Of a stretch of 64,000 bases of DNA, positions 1-11,179 are shown one piece after another (the first letter of the stretch is position 1; every line of letters begins with the position of its first letter). The notes beneath the pieces are model-generated. The model was not told where the DNA came from. It saw only the letters and a list, made by a program, of their open reading frames with translations, and ran no database searches. Where the stretch lies: assembly GCA_951406725.2 (NCBI GenBank), contig OX597815.1, positions 63,736,001-63,800,000 of the forward strand. The letters run 5' to 3'. The translations under genes and the position numbers were made by a program. Source of the DNA: Octopus vulgaris (taxonomy: Eukaryota).

Positions 1-190
1 CTCAAAGTGTTTAGTCGTACAAATGAACTCAAGTACTTACATTTAAGCCTGGTACTTATTCTATCGTTCACTTTTGCCAAACCGCTAAGTTAAGGGGATG
101 TAAACAACCCAACAACAGTTGTCAAGCGGTTGTGGGTGAGAAACACAAACACACACGCACACAAATGCACACATACACACACACACATAT
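1..190 (-). mobile_element. 3' part of composite tRNA-derived SINE (family A, OK-like)
   Basis: aagcctggtacttattctatcg...ttttgccaaaccgctaagtta...gttgtcaagcg matches the reverse complement of the tails of the copies at 19220-19412 and 49390-49586. Confidence 0.8.
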
Positions 191-191
191 A

Positions 192-741
192 CAGGGTGAG
201 TAAGGTATTTGAAGACATACATTTTTTGGGTCATTGCTGCAATTTTTGCTAACTCTATGTAATTTTTGTTTCAGAAAATAATAATTGCAGAGCCTCAGTT
301 TACTCAAGAAATGAAGAGGCATGCTGTTATTGTGGTTAAAAGTTGCCAGATCCTTCGTCTACAAAGTTTATAAGGAGCTAGAGACTGAGATGGAAATGTA
401 TCACTAGTATCAAAGCATAAAAACCATTTTAAACACTCTGAAATCATCAGAACACCTGAATTTATCCAGTAAATTCAGACCATTGATTACAATCCTAGAA
501 AGTCCAAGAGGTCAATTGCAACAGATCTCTATGTGTCAGAAGGAACAGCCAGAAATGTTGTCCACGAAGATATCACATATAAATCTTAAATGATGAGGAA
601 AGGTCAATTTGTCAGAAAAAGGAACAGAAAATCACTACATCACATCTAAATGGCACTTAAAACAAACTGAAAAATCCAGCAGAAAAAATCTCAAACGAGA
701 AAAACCTCAACCAAGATCAAAAAGTTAACAGAAGAAATGAC
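192..741 (+). mobile_element. Tc1/mariner maT (DD37D-like) transposon, 5' fragment, pseudogenised
   Basis: Starts TA|CAGGGTG. Frameshifted translation gives TQEMKRHAVIV...VARSFVYKV...IIRTPEFIQ...NPRKSKRSIA...VHEDITYKS*MMRKGQF...SNEKNLNQDQKVNRRND. Confidence 0.75.
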
Positions 742-1099
742 ATGTCTTCTCATATGTCTTAAGCTTATTATTTTTTATATATATATATTTTAATTTTTTA
801 TGTTTCATATATATTTTTTAATTTTTTAATTTTTTATATATATTTTTCCTTTTTTTCTTTTTAATTGCGTGAATGTGTACGTGTGTAGATATATTCATAT
901 GTATGTATATATTTTATATGTATATGTTTTTGCGTGTGTATATATGTGTATGTATATATGTATGTATATGATTGGAAGGCTGTGTCCGGTGCATAAGTGC
1001 AACTTTCATGCACACGTCCCCTTCATTTATATGGATATATATGTTTGTATATGTGTGGGTGTAGGTGTATGATAAGAGGATGTATGTGTATATATATAT

Positions 1100-1387
1100 A
1101 ACAATTGTAGCGTGGAAGGTGTTTATAAGCCATTTAAGAAACACACAAAACCGTTAGATTCACTTCAACATTTAAATTTAATTTGTCAAAATATTTTCGT
1201 CGCTTTGAGACCGCGACATGTTCAATGACAAAACTTCGTGCTGCATCACGAAATTTTGTCATTGAACATGTCGCGGTCTCAAAGCGACGAAAATATTTTG
1301 ACAAATTAAATTTAAATGTTGAAGTGAATCTAACGGTTTTGTGTGTTTCTTAAATGGCTTATAAACACTTTCCACGCTGCAATTGTT
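1100..1387. repeat. Near-perfect 288-bp palindrome (141-bp arms, 6-nt centre)
   Basis: 1100-1240 is the reverse complement of 1247-1387 with 3 mismatches, centre CTGCAT. Confidence 0.97.
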
Positions 1388-2174
1388 TTCGTTCCAGCAC
1401 ACGATCTCATATCAAGTCACTCGCTATGCAAGTACATGTCCGTAATATATATATATATATATTCTCTGTTTTTTCATTGTTAAAAAAAGTCCGTTTCCTT
1501 GTTTGTTTTTATGTTTTCGTTTCTCGTTGTGTTCTACGTTTATTTGTGGTTTCCTGTACTCATATATATATATAGATGCATGTATATATACATATAGATG
1601 TAGGTATGTACATATATGTATGTATGCCTATGTTTTATTGTTAAATTGTTAGTATATATATAAAAATATGGACATATATATGTATATATATACGTTTGTA
1701 TACGTATGTATATACGTGCATGCGGCAGTGTGAATGTATGCCTGTAGATATAAATATATATATATATATATATATTATATATACATATGTATATTTATAT
1801 ATCTAAATGTCTAAATATATATCATTATGTTACGTGTATGCATGCAAACACCTATGTGTATATGAGGATGAAGTTACGTACTCATATACATACATATATG
1901 TGTGTGTGTGTGTGGATAAGTGTGTGTGCATGTACGTATACATGTTTGTGTGAGTGTGTACGTATGTAGACCTTATGTATTATGTATAGGTTAAAATAGT
2001 GTGGTCCTTTAACCTATACTTACTGACTCAAAGTAATGCCACTTCGAGCCGTTTTTGAACAAGCCAATCACATAACCACAACTTCAACTGTTGCTCAAAC
2101 TGGAATTTTGATAACACACTTACTTGAGCACATACCTATTAGTGGAGTTATCTTCACTAAAGCTCCTCATATTG

Positions 2175-2234
<60 letters not shown>

Positions 2235-2381
2235 TTTGTCTCTCTGAAACACACACACACACACGTATGTATGTATGTATGTATGTATGTATGTATGTAT
2301 GTATGTATGTATGTATGTATGTATGTATGTATGTACGTATGTATGTATGTATGCATGTGTGTATGTATGTATGTATGTATG

Positions 2382-2427
<46 letters not shown>

Positions 2428-2794
2428 TATATATAATCACACGCTCACGTATATATACATAAACAGAAATGAGCACACACACGCAAGTACGCACTAACAC
2501 ATGACACACACATTATGTATGCTTAAATCTACTTGATTCTGAAGAAAGCCTAAACGATAAGAACAACAAAATCAACAACCACAACTATAGCACCGTTTCT
2601 TATAAATATTGTGATTATGACGATTTCCATTGTACATATAGCAGAGATATCAAACATAGAGCCAGAGGCCAGACCTGGTATTTCTCCCAGTTGAATGTTT
2701 TAAAACATAATTAGTATTTTAAAAATTTTTTATACTATTCTATAATATATATATATATAAAACAAATAAGTAACAAGGATGTCAAGGTATATTA

Positions 2795-2884
2795 GTGAAT
2801 TGCGGCCGTTTCAGACGGCTCCATTTAATAGACCAATGCAAGCATTACATCAATTTGAAATAAACCGCCTTCCTCGGGCGCATA
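2795..2884 (-). ncRNA. Degenerate hammerhead-like motif with long stem II
   Basis: Minus strand CCGAGGA-AGGC...GTCT-GAAAC-GGCC-GCA. Homologous to 10977-11064 (shared AAATTGATGTAATG and GAGCCG). Core and stem I are mutated. Confidence 0.4.
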
Positions 2885-3109
2885 AGACGGTATCGGTTTT
2901 CAACATACAGGATATTATATTATAATTTTTTAGCGAACTTTCTATCAGAACTACCGAATAAAAGAATTACATGCTTGTTGCTATTATTGTAGCTATCATA
3001 TATACATATATATATATATATATGTAGGTCCCGGTTTGATTCGGGGTTAACCACAGTAAATAAGGTACTCAATACATAGCAGAGTAAAATTAATTTATTA
3101 TATAGAAGG

Positions 3110-3160
3110 AGCTTCTACAGGACTAGAACTGTTTCATTCAAGAGAAATCTTCAGGAAGCT
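3110..3160 (-). ncRNA. Type I hammerhead ribozyme
   Basis: Minus strand AGCTTC-CTGAAGA-tTTC tctt GAAt-GAA-ACAG ttctagtc CTGT-A-GAAGCT: 6-bp stem I, intact core, 4-bp stem III, GUA site, one U-U mismatch at the base of stem II. Confidence 0.8.
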
Positions 3161-3303
3161 AGTTAACAAGAATTGTATTGGCATTTATACATTTAGGCAG
3201 GTTTAAAGGGGTGTTGGTGGGGGACTTTTGGGGGTAGGCATAGCGCAAAATATCATACTTGGGGGAGTGGTCAAGGAGTCAGTGTTAAATTAGATAGAAG
3301 AAT

Positions 3304-3337
<34 letters not shown>

Positions 3338-3339
3338 AA

Positions 3340-3344
<5 letters not shown>

Positions 3345-3383
<39 letters not shown>

Positions 3384-3774
3384 CAAAAGGGGGATAGAGT
3401 TTTAGGTAAATAAGGAGATTCTCACTTATACCTATGCACATATGTATACATATATACACACGCATACAAACATATACATATACATACACACATACATACA
3501 CACACATATATATATATACATATATATACACTTACACATACATATACATATCTACACATACACATATATGTATACATACACACACTCACATGCATACACG
3601 TATACACACATGTATATATACACACACATACTCACATACACGCATACACACACAAATCCACACACACACATGCACACCCAGCACACTAGTCCCTATATAC
3701 ACATATATACACATACACACATATATATATATATATATATATACATACACACACATACATATACATACACACAC

Positions 3775-3821
<47 letters not shown>

Positions 3822-4245
3822 CACATGTGTACCCATGCATATCTACACATACACACATATATATATATATACACATACAAATACAGACCCATTCCCTAAT
3901 TTTAATTTTATTATCTTCGTTTATTACTTTTGTTATCTTTGGCCGCTTGGTCACAAACATCTTGGCTATGACAGCCAGTCCATTTATCTGTCTACTGGAA
4001 AACAAGCACTCATTCACTCACGCACACTCTTTAGCACGTACACTCACTCATTCGTACACTCATACACATACACGCACGCACGCGTTATATTCATACATAC
4101 ATACATCTACATACATTCACGTATATACACATACGTACGCGTACCTACAGATTCATGTCTACACTCTTAGAAGGCTAGTCTATACATATACACCAATAAA
4201 TATAAATACACACACATACACGTACACCTACATACAAATACATAC

Positions 4246-4307
<62 letters not shown>

Positions 4308-4540
4308 CATATTCACACATATATACACATATATACATACACACACACATACATACACATATATACACATATACACACATATACACATATATACACACAT
4401 ACACATACATACATGTACACACATACACATACATACGTATACATACATACATACATCCATACATCCATACATACATACATTTATACACATACACACACCC
4501 ACATACATACATATATATACGCGCATATATATATCCATAT

Positions 4541-4573
<33 letters not shown>

Positions 4574-4678
4574 CATATATACATATATATTCATACACAC
4601 ACATACACATACATACATACATATACAAATATACGCACACACATACATACATACTCATATACTCATACACATATATAC

Positions 4679-4730
<52 letters not shown>
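3345..4730. repeat. Compound (TA)n/(CA)n/(TACA)n microsatellite tract
   Basis: Visible directly. Source of the spurious 439-aa and 242-aa ORFs. Confidence 0.95.
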
Positions 4731-4731
<1 letters not shown>

Positions 4732-4974
4732 GAGAGGGACGACCACTATGTAGACATGTATAGTTGATATATAGTTATGTAGTAGATCCGTTATGGTTTA
4801 GTATATGTTAAGTTAAGACCGTGGCGGATCTACTTCTACAAAAAACAGATATATATGTAATACAATTTTCTGAACCTTCATTTTTTTAATATGCTAGACC
4901 ACTGGTTTTTAATTGATGTTAATCAAATTAATATCCAATTTTTCACTATTTTAAATTTATATATATATATATAC

Positions 4975-5012
<38 letters not shown>

Positions 5013-5639
5013 AGCGAACCTTATTCGGCTATCATTGAAACTGGCTAGCTTTCAATTTCGCGGGCTGTAGTAGTTCGCTGCGCGACCGCTTTGTTTTAAG
5101 TTTCCGTGGCGTATTCGTCACACGACGCCTGTTCTTAATAAAGGTCAAACAGACTCTGCTTTAAAAATGCATTAATTTGTTTGTCATACAATTTCATTCC
5201 ATACAATTTTATTCCTTACTTTTCGTTGATTATTTTATATTTTCGGTATATATTTCGCCTGTGTGTAGAAATCCGGACCTTGCCTGATAAGAGGTCAGGT
5301 ACCTGCATATATATATATATACACACACACACAAATAGCTTTACGTATAATAAAATGAAAAATATATGAAAGATACCCCTCCCCACCAGAATGTAATTCT
5401 AAACAATTATGAGGAAGATAGTTAAATGTAGTTTTAATAGAACAATATAATAGTATTAGATACGGATATACCTAAAACCAAGAATAAATGTAAAGAATAT
5501 TAACTTAAAAAGGATTAGACAGGCCACATATCAAATAAAATAAATCTCTAAATCTTTAACACTAGAAAAAATCCAATTATACCTAAAGATAAGACTATCT
5601 TATTATTATCTCCCCTTGAATTCAGCCTCTCAAATGATA

Positions 5640-6450
5640 TTAGTCTTAAAGAATATTTTTAGAGTAGTGTTTTATTATTTCCATAATACTTAGCGCAGGA
5701 CAGAAGGTGCAGCCCTTTGCACAGGTTAAAGAAAGAGTAAACATGCTGATAAGTATTCTTCTTTTATTAATTGTGGTAAATAGTTTCATTTCCTAGTTTA
5801 ATTCAATAATTTTATAACATATATAGAGGTTTTTTTACTTTTTAAATATTATTAACTTACGTTTCACATAATAATGGTAATATATACTTGTATTGATAGG
5901 GGTAAATTTCACAATAAATTATTAATTCCCGTAAAGTTTATTTAGATAGGCGGTTTAATTTGACGTGGTTATAAAATAGTCGATGAGGGTTTCTTTATGT
6001 TTAGAACTTTCTATATATATATATATCGTTATTATATATTTAGGTGTTTAAATTTTATTCAATTTTTATGAACTTTTTGAATTTTATAATTTTTTTAATT
6101 TTTAAAATCTTTTAAATTTTGTAAAAAATATATTAGGAAGTTATGTATATAGATATTTTTATACTTATTCTTAATGAAGATATCTTAGAATTTGTATGAT
6201 TAAGTAGGATCCGTTAATAATAATAATATGAAGAAAAATAGCCTGAGGACGCACTGGTGGACTTATATTTTAATTAATTCTAATGTACTTTATTTTATTG
6301 TACGATTTAGTAGGCTTTAAAATGATTATATTATTAGATTAATACTTTGGATATAGCTTTCTATGTGTACTCCAGAAAATAAGGTTTTCCTGAAATTGAA
6401 GTTGTGGTCCTATTGGTAAAATCCCAAATTTGTAATGATATATATATATT
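5640..6450. mobile_element. Probable highly decayed Penelope-like remnant
   Basis: Minus-strand PCAKGCTFCP Cys cluster near 5695-5725. A CTGAGGA motif near 6243 lies in an AT-rich pLTR-like tract flanked by (TA)n. Confidence 0.35.
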
Positions 6451-6904
6451 ACTGTTATGTGTTCAGAGTTAGAGCCCAATTATAGCGTCGTGATCGACAT
6501 TGCTTCCAAATAGTGAAATCAGTGCCTCTCGAGGAATCTTTTGTTATTTCAACCAATGAAAAAGAAGTTCAAAGATCCATACTCTAGAAGAGGTGACTTG
6601 TTTCCCTTTCACTTTGTCCATACATGCCCAATCAAAGGAAAGTATTTTTCTTCAGATTCACAAATGTGTTCCTCTGAATGAATGCTTGTGATATAAAAGG
6701 TTCTGCAACTGGAACAGTACAAGCTTTGTATCAAGCATTTTGTATCACGAACTTGTCATTTGAACAAATCTATTTCCATTCTCTGTCGAAGGACAGTATA
6801 CGCACACAACAAACCCCCGATACACACACACACACTCGCACACGTGCGTGCACACACATATACATATAAACGTTAGTCAAAGTATATCGTTTGTCGAACG
6901 ATTA

Positions 6905-9087
6905 CACAATGTAACACATGCTTTGTTTATTTGTATTTTTTAATGTTCATATATGGATTTTTTGCCACTAAATTCAAAAATCACATTCGTTTTGACGTAA
7001 CATCGATAGAAATTTATTTATTCCTAATTTCATATTTGCTCGTTATATTTGTAACTTTTTTCTAGAGCACTTTGTTGGTTCAATCTATTCTAGTATTGTA
7101 AGGATAATTACACAACATTTAATATTTTTTCATATATTGAAAGGTATTTAGGAAGTATAATATTAGAACAAAAAGAAACAATAAAGCCCTGCACTGTAAA
7201 TGCCTTAATAACTCAAGATGAGATGTGCTTTGACGCTCAAGATTTTCTGGAGTGTATATCTTCGTCTCTTCTGACTAGAGACCATATATAATCTCCCATC
7301 ATAGCAGTATCCCATCGTCCTTGGGATCATAGTTGCAATGTCCTGATGAAATCTCTCACCATGCTCCTCACTGACATCACCCAAGTCTTCGGGGGGAAAA
7401 ATCTAGGTGAGAGTGCAAAAAATGAACCTTTAGGGACATACGACAACCCATTTTCTTGAAGTTTTCAATAAGCTTTGATACCAGATGTTTGTAATTAGGA
7501 TCCTTGTGATTTCCTAGGAGTCCACGAACTACATCACGAAATGCACACCAAGCTTCTTTTTCAACTTTTGTCATCGCTCTTTCCAGTTTCTTCGACTTTA
7601 ACATTGCATTTACTTGGGGCCCAACAAATATGCCACCCTTGATCTTAGCTTCAGATAGCTTTGGAAACATAAGACAAATTTCTTGAAAAGCTTCTCCTCT
7701 AAAATCTAAGGCCTTCACAAACTGTTTTACCAATCCGAGTTTGATATGAAGTGGGGGTAATAAGATTTCGTTGGAATCTACTAGAGGCTGTTTGAGAACA
7801 TTTAACATTCCTGGCTGCAGTTCCACTCGTGGGGTGGGGGTGTAATGTAATCTCTTGTAAGGATCATCAGCAGTTCTGCTGTCCCATAAGCAAAGGAAAC
7901 ATGAATACTTTGTGTATCCCCCTGGCAAGCTAAGCAAGAAGGCAATCATCTTGAAATCACCACAAGCATCTCACTTGAACTTAGCGTAATTTATTTTGTC
8001 GAGAAGTTCTTTGACATTATCTTAATTTTCTTTCTTCTGTATGGAGTGTGCAAGAGGCAAAGAAGGATATTTATTTCCATTGTGTAGCATCACTGCTTTG
8101 AGACTTCGTGTTGAGCTATCTATGAACTGTCGCCATTCTGCAGAATCATTCTTGAGTCCAATAGCAGTAAACAAACCAATCACATCTTTACAATAACACC
8201 AATCATAGTAAATTTCAAATTTTTCATGGCGTTTCCGGTACACAGATGTCTTGCAGTCATCCCCCAGTAGATTCCATTCCTTCAACCTTGATGAAAGAAG
8301 TTCAGTTCCTGACTTTGTAAGACACAGATCCCTGATTAAATCATCTAGCTCACTCTGATTTGGAAAGTGAGGCTCCGAAGTCGTTCTTGGTACGAAAGCT
8401 TCCCCCATTTATTGGCTGCTGCTACTTGTTGACTCTTCAGATGAAATATTTTCTGGTGGTAGTGGTACTTGTAAACAGTCATTATGTGGGACAGGTGCTC
8501 TAGATGATGGTATGTCTGGATACAGAAGAGCTTGTCTTCCTTTCACTTTTCTGTATTTTGTCACATCGATCATACAAAAGTAACAGTCATCGTAATGGTT
8601 CTTTGGCTCTAAAAGGCCTTGTCCTTCCTGCACCTCTTAACCATCCTTCTAGAGTAGATTGAAAGCTTCCATATATCACATGTGGGACCCATGGTTTGTC
8701 CTGGTTACCCATGGGCATTCCGAAATAGTCTGTACGCTATGCACAATTTGGCACCTTTCACGATCTTATGTAATACCTGCTTTACTTCCAATATAATAAC
8801 GACACACAGCAAAATGTATCTGGAGAATTTTTACATATTCTAGTAGCCATTCTGAAAGAAGCAGAACTTAGTAATTGGTTTGAAAGGGGAAATTAGACAT
8901 ATATTTAGTAGCGGATCATTATAACAATACCGAATATATAATAACATTGAAAGTCGACATATTTTTTTAACTGTTGATGATACACAAAAAATAATTTCAT
9001 TTTTGGAATCAGCAGAAAAAATGAATTGATAAACAATAAAAAAATAATACAATAAACAGTTTTTTTTTAATTTTTTACTATGTTGTG
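6905..9087 (-). mobile_element. Full-length Chapaev3-like (CMC superfamily) DNA transposon
   Basis: CAC...GTG termini, TTA duplicated at 6902-6904 and 9088-9090, imperfect ~100-bp TIRs (gtttatttgtattttttaatgtt...ttcaaaaatcacatt versus its counterpart at the right end), internal transposase. Confidence 0.8.
7210..8850 (-). pseudogene. Chapaev3-type DDE transposase, frameshifted (ORFs 8409-8633, 8022-8408, 7377-7949)
   Basis: Motifs KNSPDTFC, FGMPMGNQDKPWVPH, EPKNHYDDCYFC, FIDSSTRSLKAVMLHNGNKYPS, LPPLHIKLGL, KGGIFVGPQ, MSLKVHFLHSHLDF, VSEEHGERFHQDI, MMGDYIWSL. Confidence 0.85.
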
Positions 9088-9183
9088 TTATAGATTAAAT
9101 GCTTATCCACTCTCAAACTTATGCCTGAGTTCTTTTTCCTAAGTCACAGGACATTACTTCAAGTGAGCCTGCGACCAATTAAA

Positions 9184-9225
<42 letters not shown>

Positions 9226-10743
9226 ACGCGCGGATGTGTGCATGTGTTATTTGTGGAGAAGTTTTTCCAAACATCTCTGCAAACATACTTTGTTAAAACC
9301 CCGTAATATTCCTTACTTGATCATTAATACGTTTGTTATAATGTACATATTGACCCCTTTATTCATATAGATTAGCCTACATTATAAATAGTGGTTTTAG
9401 GAATAATTATTCCTATCCAGCCTACGAGATGTAATTTATGAATCAATCCGGCTTTCGAAGCTGAACTAGTTCGATATCTCTGATCTATAGATAGTTACAG
9501 CAGCTGTAAAGATTTCTTAACTATTTTGTGTATTAAGAGTTTCTCTCCATTTTTACTGACACGAGAAGTTTCCAGATCTTCCTCTTCTTCTGTTGAAAGG
9601 TTATGGTATATATTATAGAATTGTATTAACGTTTAACGTTCCAAGATACGGCAACTGAAGCTTACTATGCTCATTTCCTGTTATTAATCCAAGTTGTACA
9701 TGAGTTTGTCATTATATTAATTTTCAATGCTGTTGGTGTTATTAGAGTTAACCGTGCTATCTCTGAGCAAATTTACGAAAGATATCAGGTGATCGAAGAA
9801 ACTGACCGATTGACCTTTACAGCTGTGACCATCGTCCAACTGTGGCTATCATCCAGCCGTGGCCATCTGTAGTATTACGTTTCAAAACCATAAAAGGTAG
9901 CCCTTGGTTAGTTGCGGGAGTTTTAAGTTACAGTAATTAGTTTTTCCTGCCACATTGATTAGTTTTATCTGCTACAGCTATTAATTTTTGCTACTAACAT
10001 AATTAGTTTTCAACGCTTCCTTGATTAGCTGTTGCTTTTAAATTGAGGAGTTGTGGTCTTCTACATTCATAAGTCTTTACTGCTCGTCTAATCCGAGGTC
10101 CCCAATATTCATCGGGCTTGGCTGTTAACTGGTAAACAAAGAGACTATATAGAGATGTTCATCTTTTGGTCGATGCTTATAGGAAAATTAATACCGGTTA
10201 ATATTACTGAAGAACATTAAGACATTCCTCATTGAATTAACAGAAAAGCTGGATAGAACTAGGATAGAAAAGTAACAACTGACTGCTAAGAATATGTTAA
10301 AGAAAAGCAGAAGGATTGAAAGCGTCATTGACATAGATTAAGATTTCTTACATTGACAAAATATTGAAAATACTGGAGATAAAAACGATGGTTGATAACC
10401 TCAACGTGCTATCGTAGCGCCATCTGGAGATTTAAAACATCAGTATTGCTAAAATACAACTTTAAGCTGCCATGTCTTGTTGCGTTACCTAAATTTTAGC
10501 AACTTCAATATTTCGGATAATCTCAGTTGAAGGAAGTCTTTTTACGCTTATCGCATTATGTATAGAAAACCTTAGGGCACTGAGTATTTAATAAGACACG
10601 TTAAAGAATCAAAGATCTAAAAAAAAGATTATGCATTTTATAGGCATAAACTTTTACTAAGTTATTTCTCCTCGGCCATATTGTTTGTATTCATAGTCAG
10701 CGTCACTACAACCCCCCTTCTCTTTCTCTCTCTCTCTCTCTCT

Positions 10744-10786
<43 letters not shown>

Positions 10787-10976
10787 CAAATAATGTATAA
10801 AACATATGCTAACACACACACATATATATATATAGGTTTGGTTGACGAGTTAAGAAATAATTGAGATTCAGTTGAATTAGGTACTTAAGTTAAAGTACCA
10901 AGTCTGTGCAGTATTATCTGAACAACTCGAAGTAAGGTGAATAAAATCAAAATAAGCAACAGGATATCAAGAGATG

Positions 10977-11064
10977 ATGCAGTACGACCGTTTCAAGCGG
11001 CTCGATATAATTGAACAAAGTAGTCATTACATCAATTTAAATGCAGGGCTATCCTCAACTGCAT
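10977..11064 (-). ncRNA. Type I hammerhead motif with extended stem II (C3 to U variant)
   Basis: Minus strand ATGCAG-TTGAGGA-tAGC...GCTt-GAA-AC ggtc GT-A-CTGCAT with a perfect 6-bp stem I. Confidence 0.65.
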
Positions 11065-11179
11065 AAATAAATAGAATTTTTAATCAGTTGGACATATCAA
11101 TATAATTTTACTCAAATTCTCTAATAGAGCAAGAAGAGGGAAAGAGTCCATGTTGCTAGTAATGTAGCTCAGAATATAC

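Noticed and set aside
3434-4753. 439-aa ORF and the many similar Y/I/H/T/C/V/M-rich ORFs
   Set aside because: These are translations of (TA)n, (CA)n and (TACA)n repeats, which lack stop codons. No domains are present.
4778-4800. miR-10/miR-100 similarity (GTAGATCCG)
   Set aside because: The seed region and the rest of the mature sequence do not match.
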